A stretch of DNA of 64,000 nt from an uncultured Gemmatimonadales bacterium (GCA_963798845.1 CAWCUS010000002.1:512001-576000), one strand, 5' to 3'; shown: positions 11,386 to 20,670, numbered from the stretch's first letter. Made by a program: numbers and translations. The notes: generated by a model not told the origin, from the letters alone.

Positions 11386-13953
11386 ATGACGCCGCAGCCC
11401 GAGAATGCTCCGAATCCCGCCGATGTCCTGCCCGAGGACCTGCCGCCGGCGGAGCTGAGCGAGAACGCCCGAATCATCATGGGCAAGCGCTACCTCAAGA
11501 AGAACGAGGAAGGCGAGCCGATCGAAGCGCCGGAGCAGATGTTCTGGCGGGTGGCGCGGACGGTGGCGGAGGCGGACCGTGCGTACGGCGCGAGCGATGG
11601 TGCGATCGACGCGCTCGCGCGGGAGTTCTACAGGCTGATGACGAGGCGGCTGTTCGAGCCGAACTCGCCGACGCTGATGAACGCGGGGCGACCGCTGGGG
11701 CAGCTGAGCGCGTGCTTCGTGCTGCCGGTGGAGGATTCGCTGTCGAACGGGAAGAACGGGATCTACGACACGCTGCGTGCGATGGCGCTGGTGCACCAGA
11801 GCGGGGGCGGGACGGGGTTCGCGTTCAGCCGGCTGCGTCCGAAGAACGACGTGGTCAAGTCGACCATGGGGGTGGCGAGCGGGCCGGTGAGCTTCATGAA
11901 GCTGTACGACGGCTCGACGGAGGTGGTGAAGCAGGGCGGGACGCGGCGGGGCGCGAACATGGGGATCCTCCGGGTGGACCATCCGGACATCCGGGAGTTC
12001 ATCACGTGCAAGGCGGACGTGACGAAGGTGACGAACTTCAACATCAGCGTCGCCATCACGGACGCTTTCATGGAGGCGGTGAGGAACGGGGAGCGGTACG
12101 AGCTGAAGACCCCGCGCACGGGGGAGGTGGTGGGGACGGAGGACGCGAACGAGATCTTCGACCTGATCATCCACGGCGCGTGGGCCACGGGTGAGCCGGG
12201 CGTGTTCTTCGTGGATGAGGCGAACCGGTACAACCCGGTTCCGAAGCTGGGCAGCTACGAAGCGACGAACCCGTGCGGGGAGCAGCCGCTGCTGGCGTAC
12301 GACGTGTGCAACCTGGGGAGCGTGAACGTGGGGGTGTTCGCCCGCACGGACGCCGCGGCGGGCGCGGGCATCGATGATCGGATCGACTGGGAGGCGTTCC
12401 GCAACACGGTGCACCTGGCGACGCATTTCCTGGACAACGTGATCGACGCGAACAACTATCCGCTTCCGGAGATCGAGGCGCTGGCCGGGAAGATCCGCCG
12501 CATCGGGCTCGGCATCATGGGGTGGGCCGACCTGCTCATCCGCGTGGGCGTCCCCTACGACAGCGACGAGGCGATCGCGCTCGCCCGCAGGGTCATGGGC
12601 TTCGTGGACGACGAGGCGAAGAGCGCGTCGGAGAAGCTGGCCGAGGTCCGCGGCACGTTCCCGGCCTGGAAGCACAGCATCTGGGGCCCGGACCGTACCG
12701 CGGCCAGGGTGGACGGGGAGCGCGTCCGTCCGATGCGGAAGCTGCGCAACTCGAACATCACCACCGTCGCGCCCACGGGGACCATCTCCATCTTCGCCGA
12801 CTGCTCCGGCGGGATCGAGCCGCTGTTCGCGGTCGCCTTCATGCGCAACCAGGCGGGCGCGCTCATGCCGGACGTGAACGGGGACTTCGTCCGCATGGCG
12901 AGGAAGGACGGGTGGTACAGCGACGGGCTGATGGAGCGCATCGCCGGGGAGGGGCACATCCACTTCGACGACGTCCCGGCCGACGTCCAGCGCCTGTTCG
13001 TGACGTCCCACGACGTCACGCCGGACTGGCACATCCGCATGCAGGCGGCCTTCCAGGAGCACACGGACAGCGCCATCAGCAAGACCTGCAACTTCCCGCA
13101 GCAGGCCGGCGAGGAGGACGTGCGGGAGATCTACCTGAAGGCGCACGCGCTGCACTGCAAGGGGGTCACCGTGTACCGGGACGGATCCCGCCCCATGCAG
13201 GTGCTGAGCACGGGCAAGACCGGGAAGGAGGCCGCGGCCGGTGCTCCGGGCGCCGCGACGTCGCCCAAGACGGCGGACCTCGAGGCCGCCCTCGCCGACA
13301 CGCGCGAGGAGAACCACCGGCTCACGCACGAGAAGGCGGGGGTGGAGGAGCGCCTCCGCGAGCTGGAGATCAAGCAGCAGAAGCGGCTGCGCAAGCGCAA
13401 GCGACCCGACGTGCTCACGGGCACCACGCGCAAGATGCGCAGCCCGCTCGGCGACATGTACGTCACCGTGAACGAGGACGAGGAAGGCCGGCCGTTCGAG
13501 GTCTTCACGACGCTCGGCAAGGCCGGCGGCGCCGCGATGGCCGACGCCGAGGCCATCGGCCGGCTCATCTCCCTGGCCCTGCGCAGCGGCATCCCGCTCC
13601 TGGACATCATCGGCCAGCTGCGCGGCATCTCCTGCGACCGCGCGGTCGGCATCGGCCCCAACAAGGTGCTCAGCGTCCCCGACGCCATCGGCCAGGTGCT
13701 CCAGGCGCACATGATGGAGAAGGAAGGAATCCAGGAGGAGCTCCCGATCGGAAGCCACGGCGCTCGCAAGAACCCCGTGGTCGCCCCCAGGGTGGCGCCG
13801 CCGGCGGCTGCGCAGACCCAGGTCCAGGCCAACCTGGACTACTACGACCCGGGCGACTCCTTTCTCGGCACCTGCCCCGAGTGCAGCAGTGATCTGCAGT
13901 TCGCAGAAGGGTGCGTGAAGTGCCTGAGCTGCGGCTACTCGGAGTGCGGGTGA
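11386..13953 (+). CDS. nrdJ: Vitamin B12-dependent (class II) ribonucleotide reductase with C-terminal TSCPD/Zn-ribbon domain
   Basis: 'PNSPTLMNAG', 'QLSACFV', 'ATNPCGEQ', 'TTVAPTGTIS' and C-terminal 'CPEC...EGCVKCLSCGYSECG'. Confidence 0.95.
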   Translation: MTPQPENAPNPADVLPEDLPPAELSENARIIMGKRYLKKNEEGEPIEAPEQMFWRVARTVAEADRAYGASDGAIDALAREFYRLMTRRLFEPNSPTLMNAGRPLGQLSACFVLPVEDSLSNGKNGIYDTLRAMALVHQSGGGTGFAFSRLRPKNDVVKSTMGVASGPVSFMKLYDGSTEVVKQGGTRRGANMGILRVDHPDIREFITCKADVTKVTNFNISVAITDAFMEAVRNGERYELKTPRTGEVVGTEDANEIFDLIIHGAWATGEPGVFFVDEANRYNPVPKLGSYEATNPCGEQPLLAYDVCNLGSVNVGVFARTDAAAGAGIDDRIDWEAFRNTVHLATHFLDNVIDANNYPLPEIEALAGKIRRIGLGIMGWADLLIRVGVPYDSDEAIALARRVMGFVDDEAKSASEKLAEVRGTFPAWKHSIWGPDRTAARVDGERVRPMRKLRNSNITTVAPTGTISIFADCSGGIEPLFAVAFMRNQAGALMPDVNGDFVRMARKDGWYSDGLMERIAGEGHIHFDDVPADVQRLFVTSHDVTPDWHIRMQAAFQEHTDSAISKTCNFPQQAGEEDVREIYLKAHALHCKGVTVYRDGSRPMQVLSTGKTGKEAAAGAPGAATSPKTADLEAALADTREENHRLTHEKAGVEERLRELEIKQQKRLRKRKRPDVLTGTTRKMRSPLGDMYVTVNEDEEGRPFEVFTTLGKAGGAAMADAEAIGRLISLALRSGIPLLDIIGQLRGISCDRAVGIGPNKVLSVPDAIGQVLQAHMMEKEGIQEELPIGSHGARKNPVVAPRVAPPAAAQTQVQANLDYYDPGDSFLGTCPECSSDLQFAEGCVKCLSCGYSECG

Positions 13954-14069
13954 CGGGCGCGGCCTGACGCAGGGCCGGCGGCCCGACGACGACGCCGGGT
14001 GCAGCGACGATGCTGCCGCGGCGTCGCGGCCTGCCGGCTGGACGCAGCCTCGGGTGCGGTGCTCCCATG

Positions 14070-14350
14070 CGAAGGCGGACGGCTCCGGGACCCCTTCAAT
14101 CCGGCGACGGCGCGGCCGGTCCCCGTGATCGCGTTCCACGCACCGCCGATCCGCGAGTCCCGTACGAAGGCGGACGGCTCCGGGACCCCTTCAATCCGGC
14201 GAAGCCGGTGTTCCCGGCCGTCCGCGACTTCGTGGCAGGGTGGGCGGAGAGGAACGGGTGTGCGGCGGACCCGGACACCGTGGGTGGGGCGGACCACCCA
14301 CGGCATCGACGCAACGCGGGAGATGTGGAGGTTCTTCTCGGCGCACCCCC
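14070..14350 (+). pseudogene. Fragment of a PHB-depolymerase/LpqC-like esterase gene with an internal 38-bp duplication
   Basis: Across frameshifts reads 'RPVPVIAFH-(G)TADPRVPYEGG...WAERNGC...IDATREMWRFF'; identical 38-mer at 14070-14107 and 14165-14202. Confidence 0.6.
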
Positions 14351-14380
14351 GGGAGTCGCCCCGGGAGTCGCCCCGGGAGG

Positions 14381-15481
14381 TCACCCGTCGGGCAGCAGCA
14401 GCGCGGGCAGCCCGCCGAACTGGAAGCTGATACCGCCCACGGCGAGGAGCGGCGAGCGGGTCTCTCCGGCCCGCTCGTTGTCCTGGCCGAACGACGCGTA
14501 CAGGTGCGTCATCCCGCTCAGCCGGTAATCGACCTGGCCGACGAGCCGGCCGCTGGAGCGGAAGCGGGTGGAGGCGGAAGCGGTCCCGGATCTCGCGTCG
14601 AGCGCCACGCGGCGCACGCCTTCGATGGAGAGGACGAGCCGGTCGGTGTCCCACAGCCAGCGTCCGCCCACGTCCAGCACACTCTGGTCCGCGGCGCGGG
14701 TGTTGTTGATGAAGCGGCCGAGCGCCAGGACCTGGAACTGCGGGTTCTCGAGCCGGTAGCCGAGGGTGGTCCAGGCCGCCCACGCGGCGTTGCGGCCGGA
14801 CCCGAACGCGGCGGTCGGGAACGTCCACGTGGCGGCGAGCGCCACGTCGACGCTCCACCCCACCGGCTCCTGGTGGCGCTGGAGCTCGTCCACCCACGCC
14901 CGCGCCGAGTCGGCCAGCCGGTCGATCTCCCCGCCCAGGGAGTCCGCCTGCGACGGGCGCTCCTGCCGCTCCGCCCTCCGCCGCTCCGCGCTCAGGTGCG
15001 TCATCGTGCGCTGGATGGCGCGCAGCCCGGCGCGCGCGGCTTCCGCCCCGCTGCTCTCGTGACCCACCACCGGCTGAAAGCGGAGGCCCAGCCCCAGGTC
15101 GGACGCGTCCGACGCGGCGTCCGGCGGCGACGTGGCCACCGAGAGCGCCAGCGTGCGGAGGCTGGAGGCCACCACGCCCGCGTCGTAGTAGTCCCGGTAG
15201 CCCAGCAGCGGGTGCGGCCGCAGCCAGTAGGGCGCGACTTCCAGCGCCCACGCATCCGGCGGCACCGACAGTCCCTGCGCCGCCGACAGGAGCGAGGCCG
15301 CGAACGCCCGCGGCGTGGACGGGCGCTCCACCGCGACCGGGGTGATCCCCATGAGCGCGAACGCCGGCGACAGCGGCGTCCGCAGCGTCACGAGCGAGTC
15401 CACCGACGGCACGCTCTGCCCGCGCAGGGCCCCCGCCAACAGCAGCAGCGCGATGGCGGCGAGCGGGCTCCGCATCCTCAT
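14381..15481 (-). CDS. Hypothetical secreted protein
   Basis: N-terminal signal peptide, central coiled-coil-like segment, beta-rich C-terminus; overlaps the upstream gene by 4 nt. Confidence 0.7.
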   Translation of the reverse strand: MRMRSPLAAIALLLLAGALRGQSVPSVDSLVTLRTPLSPAFALMGITPVAVERPSTPRAFAASLLSAAQGLSVPPDAWALEVAPYWLRPHPLLGYRDYYDAGVVASSLRTLALSVATSPPDAASDASDLGLGLRFQPVVGHESSGAEAARAGLRAIQRTMTHLSAERRRAERQERPSQADSLGGEIDRLADSARAWVDELQRHQEPVGWSVDVALAATWTFPTAAFGSGRNAAWAAWTTLGYRLENPQFQVLALGRFINNTRAADQSVLDVGGRWLWDTDRLVLSIEGVRRVALDARSGTASASTRFRSSGRLVGQVDYRLSGMTHLYASFGQDNERAGETRSPLLAVGGISFQFGGLPALLLPDG

Positions 15482-15900
15482 GATCCACCCCCGCCGTCCG
15501 TGGCTCCGGCGCCGGCACCCTGGCCGCCGCTGGCTTCCGTGCCGTCGGTGAACCGGATCGTGCCCTCATAGATCAGCGTGTCGCCGAGCGCCGACAGCTG
15601 GCGCGCGCCCGGATACTGCTGCGTCCGCCCCGCCTGCGTCATGATGATGGTGACGGCCGTGCGCGTGGTGGCCGGGTTCGTGACCGTGACGGTGGTGTCG
15701 GTGTAGAGGGTGCGGCCGCGCAGGTCGCCCGGGTCGCCGACCGGGTGCTCTTCGATCCTCTCTCCCTCGACCACGTCGGTGTCGTCGAAGCTCACGAGGG
15801 AGTACCCCTGCTGCATCTCGCCCACGACCACGGACACGCGGACCTCGCCGGCGGCGAGCTGGAACTCGCCTTCGATCGGCACACGCGGTACTCCGTTCAT
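15478..15900 (-). CDS. Hypothetical beta-rich protein
   Basis: 140-aa ORF tightly coupled between two same-strand genes. Confidence 0.6.
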   Translation of the reverse strand: MNGVPRVPIEGEFQLAAGEVRVSVVVGEMQQGYSLVSFDDTDVVEGERIEEHPVGDPGDLRGRTLYTDTTVTVTNPATTRTAVTIIMTQAGRTQQYPGARQLSALGDTLIYEGTIRFTDGTEASGGQGAGAGATDGGGGS

Positions 15901-15913
15901 CGACCGCCTCCGT

Positions 15914-16840
15914 TCAGCTGAGGGTCAGCTTCTGGTCCGTGGCCGCGCCGGCGGCCACGGTGGCCGAAACCTGCGCCCTCCTTTCCGCGGCGCCGATCCT
16001 CCCGATCACCTCCAGCACGTGGAGGCCCGGCGGCAGGTCCCGGAGGGTGGCCATCTGACCGGCCTGGTGGACGACCACTCCGTCGTCCACCGTGACGTCC
16101 CAGCCGGCGTCGCACTGATCGCCGTTGGTCACGGTCAGGTTCACGGCCCCCGGCTGCGCGGCGGCCCGCCGGGCGTCGGCTTCCGACGCGCGGGCGCGCA
16201 GGGCGTCGTTGATCTGCGTGATGCTGCGGCGGAACTCCTCCACCCACGCGGACGTCTCGTCCTCGACAATGGCGTTGACCGCGGTGGCGAACGCCCTCGC
16301 CCGCGCGAGCATCGCCTGCACTTCGTCCGGCGTCGGCGCCCGCCCTCCTCTCAGGGCTCGCTCCCCCTCCCATTCCAGCTCGAAGTTCTCGAGCGTGGTC
16401 CGGATCCTGTGCTCGCTCTGGATGTAGCGGATCCAGCCGCTCGAGGCGCCGTAGAACCGGTCGAAGCCCAGCGCGCCGGCCCCCACGGCCACCAGGATCG
16501 ACACCCAGATCGCCGGCACGTGGGGCGCGCCGCCCCCCATCTGGGCGACGACGACCTCGACCAGGGGCAGGATTCCCGCCGCGCCCAGCAGGAAGACGGC
16601 GAGGAACCGGGTGGCGACCGCGAGCCGCCGCTTCGGCACCCGCGCCCGCCTGTACCACCGGATCGCCTCCAGCGCGTCGCTCTGCACGTGCCCGTAGACC
16701 GCGGCGAGCGAAGCCTCGCAGTCCTCGGGCGCCCAGGAGAGCCCTTCGAGACCCGGTGCCCGGATGTCGCCCCGCTGCCGGCGCCGCGGCGGAGTCGTGG
16801 TCTTCGCGCTCGCCGCGGCGGAGATGTCGTCGTTGCTCAT
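15914..16840 (-). CDS. SLATT-domain (SLATT_2-like) two-TM protein with C-terminal beta-sandwich extension
   Basis: 'AIRWYRRARVPKRR', two TM helices, 'DRFYGASSGWIRY' pattern typical of SLATT_2. Confidence 0.7.
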   Translation of the reverse strand: MSNDDISAAASAKTTTPPRRRQRGDIRAPGLEGLSWAPEDCEASLAAVYGHVQSDALEAIRWYRRARVPKRRLAVATRFLAVFLLGAAGILPLVEVVVAQMGGGAPHVPAIWVSILVAVGAGALGFDRFYGASSGWIRYIQSEHRIRTTLENFELEWEGERALRGGRAPTPDEVQAMLARARAFATAVNAIVEDETSAWVEEFRRSITQINDALRARASEADARRAAAQPGAVNLTVTNGDQCDAGWDVTVDDGVVVHQAGQMATLRDLPPGLHVLEVIGRIGAAERRAQVSATVAAGAATDQKLTLS

Positions 16841-17108
16841 GAGAACGGCCTCACGGGACGTGAGGGTGGAAGCACGAGTCCCGAAGCCGGCGGCCCCGGC
16901 AAGGCCAGGGCGGCGGATTCGGGAGCGGAGGTGTGAAGCTCGCAGCGGCGCCAGCCGACGCGGCGCAGGAAAGTATTGCATCCCGGCCCGGCGGAGGTCC
17001 AGAGTCTCGGTCCCGGGTCTGCTTCCGCCCCGCCGACCCGGCTCCACGGCAGGGCGGAGGCGGGGCCCGCTCTGCCGGGGCGCCGGTCCGGGATGGCCCC
17101 GGTCCTGC

Positions 17109-18627
17109 ATGCGCGCCGCCCGAGACGGCGCCGCTCCTGCATCCGCGCCGCCCCGCGCTGGCGCAGCCCTCCTTCCGAGAGGCCTCCCTGAAGCGATTCC
17201 CGAACCCCCTCGTCCTCCTTTTCATCGGCGTGGTCCTGGCCGCGGCCATGACCTGGGTGCTGCCGGCCGGCCGCTACGACCGCCAGGCGGATCCCGCCAC
17301 CGGACGCCAGGTCGTCGTGAGCGGCAGCTACCACGCAGTCGCGCCCGATCCGGTGGGGCCGTTCGAGACCATCGTCGCCCTCCCGCGCGGGATGGAGGCG
17401 GCCGGCGACGTCATCTTCCTCGTGTTCCTGGTGGGCGGCGCGTTCACCGTGATCGACCGGACGGGCGCGTTCCATGGCGGGTTCGACCGGCTGGTGCGTG
17501 TGCTGGGCCGGCACGAGCTGCTGGTCATCCCCATCGCGTGCTACGTTTTCGGCGCGGCGGGCGCGCTCGAGAACATGCAGGAGGAGTTCATCGCGCTGGT
17601 GCCGGTGCTGCTGCTCCTCACCTCCCGGCTCGGCTTCGACACCGTCGTGGCCGTGGCCATCTCCCTGGGCGCCGCGTCCGTCGGCGCCGCCTTCAGCCCC
17701 ATCAACCCGTTCCAGGTCGGGATCGCACAGAAGATCGCGGGCGTCCCGCTGCTCGACCACGCCGCTTTCCGCTCCGCGTTCCTCCTGGTCGCGCTCGCGC
17801 TGTGGAGCTGGGGCACTGCCCGCTACGCACGTCGGACCAGAACCGCCCCGGGCGTCCCGCCCTCCGGGCCCCTCGAGGAAGACGAAGCAGCTTCGCGCGC
17901 TCCGGGCCGGCAGCTCCGCGAGGAGCCCGGTCACGTTCCCGGCGCGGCGGCGTCCACGCCCGGCGTCGCCCCGCACGAGGTCCGGATGACGGGGGCGCAC
18001 GCGCTGATCCTGGCGCTGGCCGTGCTCGCGTTCGGCATCTACGTCGTCGGCGTGATGCGGCTCGACTGGGGCTTCAACGAGATGTCCGCGCTCTTCCTCC
18101 TGCTCGGCGTGGTCGCCGGGCTCGTGGGCCGGCTCGGCGTCAGCGGCACCGCCGAAGCGTTCATCGAAGGCTTCCGGGCCATGGCCTTCGCCGCCATCCT
18201 CATCGGCTTCGCCCGCGCCATCTTCGTCGTGCTCGACGACGGCCGCGTGATCGACACCATCGTCCACGGCCTCTTCCAGCCCATCCAGGGACTCCCGCCC
18301 GCCCTCGCCGCCATCGGCATGGTCGCCGTCCACACCGCCGTCCACGTCCCCGTCCCCAGCGTGAGCGGCCAGGCCGTCCTCACCATGCCCATCCTCGCCC
18401 CCCTCGCCGACCTGCTCGGCCTCTCCCGCGACGTCGCCATCCTCGCCTTCCAGTACGGCGCCGGCATGTGCGAGATCCTCACCCCCACCAACGGCGCCCT
18501 CATGGCCGTCCTCGCGGCGGCGGGCGTGCGCTACGAGCGCTGGCTCGCCTTCGCGCTCCGGATGTGGGCCATGCTCGTGGCGCTCGGGATCGCGTCCATC
18601 CTGGTCGGGATCTGGATCGGGATGTAG
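17109..18627 (+). CDS. YfcC/DcuC-like transporter (start codon uncertain)
   Basis: 'FPNPLVLLF...TWVLPAGRYDR', 'INPFQVGIAQ', 'VPSVSGQAVLTMP', 'LAFQYGAG...PTNGALMA'. Confidence 0.85.
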
Positions 18628-18703
18628 GGGCGGCAACCGGCGACTTCGTATGTCGGCCCATCCCGGCATGGCCATGCCCGGGCCTCCGACTCAGAGTTGC
18701 CCC

Positions 18704-19783
18704 ATGACGGACGCCGTGCGGGTCACGGACGCGGCAACGCGGATCGAAGTCCGGTTCCCCTACGACGCGGAGCTGGTCGGCCACATCCGCTCGATACCGG
18801 GCCGGCGCTGGGACCCGGGCCGATCGGCGTGGCTGCTCCCGCGCACCGAGGACGCCCTCAACGCGCTGCTCCGGGCGCCCGACGCGAGCTTCCGCGTCGA
18901 CCGCGGTCTCATGCACCTGGTCCGCGTCCCGTTCCGCCGGGGCAGCGGAACCGATCCGGCGGCGGCGCTCCTCCAGCGCCTCTCGGAAGAGCTCCGGCTC
19001 CAGGGATACAGTCCGCGCACGCGGAAGAACTACGTCGGCCACGTCCGTCGGTTCTTCGGAGCTTTCCCGAAGGCCGCGACCGAGCTGTCGACGGAGCACG
19101 TCCGCGCTCACCTGCTCCGCCTCCAGGCCGACGACCGCTCCGTCTCCTACCAGCACCAGGCGATCAGCGCCATCCAGTTCGCGGCCCGGCTCGTCGATCG
19201 GCCGCTCGCGCTGGAGCCGATCCGCCGCCCGAAGCGGGAGCGCCAGCTCCCCGCCGTTCTCTCACGCGAGGAAGTGCGCCGCATCCTCAATGCCCCCGCC
19301 AACCCGACCCACCGGCTGGCCCTGATGCTCGCGTACTCCGCCGGACTCCGCGTCGGCGAGGTCGTACGCCTCAGCGCCGGCGACGTGGATTCCGGGCGAG
19401 GGCTGATCCGGGTCCGCGCCGGGAAGGGAAGGAAGGACCGCTATACGCTGCTGGCCGATGCCGCGGCCGCCGCCCTCGACCCCGTCCTCGCCCGCCTCGA
19501 CGCCGACGCCTGGATCTTCCCCGGTGCCCGCCCCGGCCGCCACCTGACGACACGCTCCGTGCAGAAGACCTTCGAGCGCGCCCTGGTCCGGTCCGGCGTA
19601 CGCAAGCACGCCACCGTGCACACGCTCCGCCACAGCTTCGCCACCCACCTCCTCGAGGCCGGCGTCAACCTCCGCTACATCCAGGAGCTCCTCGGCCACA
19701 CGAGCCCCCGCACCACCCAGATATACACCCACGTCAGCCGCGGCGATCTTACCCGGATCGTGAACCCGCTCGACGCAGCGTGA
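18704..19783 (+). CDS. Tyrosine recombinase, integron-integrase-like (N-terminal HARP-like domain, SAM-like domain, catalytic domain) lacking the IntI-specific insertion
   Basis: 'YSPRTRKNY', 'YSAGLRVGE', 'GKGRKDR', 'HTLRHSFATHLLEAG', 'IQELLGH', 'TTQIYTHV'; sits directly upstream of the cassette array. Confidence 0.92.
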   Translation: MTDAVRVTDAATRIEVRFPYDAELVGHIRSIPGRRWDPGRSAWLLPRTEDALNALLRAPDASFRVDRGLMHLVRVPFRRGSGTDPAAALLQRLSEELRLQGYSPRTRKNYVGHVRRFFGAFPKAATELSTEHVRAHLLRLQADDRSVSYQHQAISAIQFAARLVDRPLALEPIRRPKRERQLPAVLSREEVRRILNAPANPTHRLALMLAYSAGLRVGEVVRLSAGDVDSGRGLIRVRAGKGRKDRYTLLADAAAAALDPVLARLDADAWIFPGARPGRHLTTRSVQKTFERALVRSGVRKHATVHTLRHSFATHLLEAGVNLRYIQELLGHTSPRTTQIYTHVSRGDLTRIVNPLDAA

Positions 19784-19982
19784 GGGGGAAGCGGCCGTCG
19801 GCCGCTCGAATCAGCCCCGTGCAAACGGCCGTGCTGAGCCCCTGTACAAGGTCATTGCTTCTGAACAAGAATGGCCCCAAATAGAGATGATTCGGGTCAG
19901 GCGGCCGGGGTGGGTGGCTCCGACAATCTGATAAGGACCTTTCCCGAACGACCGGCGCAAACATCCGGCCCGCCGACATCCT

Positions 19983-20016
19983 ACCGAACACGAGTTCGGT
20001 AACGCAGTAGTTAAGT
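19983..20016 (+). other. Candidate attI-like primary recombination site (TAAC-N6-GTTA) with adjacent palindrome
   Basis: GTTAAGTGC at 20010 is the reverse complement of the first cassette's R'' (GCACTTAAC, 20186-20194); no attC arm upstream; palindrome accgaac-acga-gttcggt at 19983-20000. Confidence 0.75.
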
Positions 20017-20194
20017 GCCATGCGCGCAACGGATCATTCGGGCGGGTACTGTGCTCGCCAGCGGCTGGTTCAGGAAAGCTCCAGGCCTCGAGCTGAGCTA
20101 AGATTGCCCCGCCCCGCCCGGGGAGGGCTAGGGGGGAGAGGCCCAGCAGCTAGAACGAAAGGGAAGACAGGGCAAGGCGCGCACAGCACTTAAC
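20010..20194 (+). other. Cassette 1: gene-less/micro-ORF cassette type A (57-codon ORF 20020-20193, no RBS)
   Basis: Bounded by complementary GTTAAGTGC/GCACTTAAC; ends similar to type B cassette. Confidence 0.7.
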
Positions 20195-20337
20195 ACACGG
20201 TTGCCGCCTCCGCTCGCTTCGCGAGCTCCGGAGTACCCGGCGGATTAGCGAACGGAGTTCGGGAAGTATCCGGACGGGGGAGGGGAAACGAGCAATCGAG
20301 GGGGCGGACGCCGGGTCGCCCACCTGAAACGTTAGCC
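20188..20337 (+). repeat. attC-like site 1
   Basis: ACTTAAC...acccggcg...cgccgggt...GTTAGCC. Confidence 0.85.
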
Positions 20338-20509
20338 GCCATGCGCGCGGAGGAGGCTCTTGGGTGTTGCGCCCGAAATCGGCCGAGCAGGAAAGGGAAG
20401 AGCTTCGTTCTGAGGATTGGCTGCCCCACCCCACCCAAGAGGCCCAGATTCGTGAAGGGCTTGGAGCTTTGGTTTGCGAGGGCAGGGCAGGGCGCACACA
20501 GCGGCTAAC
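20331..20509 (+). other. Cassette 2: gene-less/micro-ORF cassette type B, copy 1
   Basis: GTTAGCCGC...GCGGCTAAC; near-identical copies at 21400 and 28536. Confidence 0.85.
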
Positions 20510-20654
20510 AACACGGTTGCCGCCTGCGCTCGCTGCGCTCGCTCCGGAGAACCCGGCGGATTAGCGAACTCGTGTTCGGAAAAGCGGCGGTGGATTGAAG
20601 CTACTGTGCACTCGGATCGCTGGACCGCCGGGTCGGCAACCGGAAACGTTATGC
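20503..20654 (+). repeat. attC-like site 2
   Basis: GGCTAAC...cggttgccg...cggcaaccg...GTTATGC. Confidence 0.9.
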
Positions 20655-20670
20655 GGCATCCGCTTCAGAG

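Noticed and set aside
11386..13953. Intein or cobalamin riboswitch at nrdJ
   Set aside because: No intein-sized insertion or splice motifs seen; the leader is short and explained by the promoter and NrdR boxes.
14070..14202. Two identical 38-bp repeats with a 57-bp spacer as a mini CRISPR array
   Set aside because: Only two units, no cas genes in the window, and the sequence reads as part of an esterase pseudogene.
18704..19783. Housekeeping XerC/XerD or prophage integrase; also the symbol intI
   Set aside because: It has IntI-like SAM and 'GKGRKDR' features and abuts the array, with no phage genes nearby. It lacks the IntI insertion, so no symbol was assigned.
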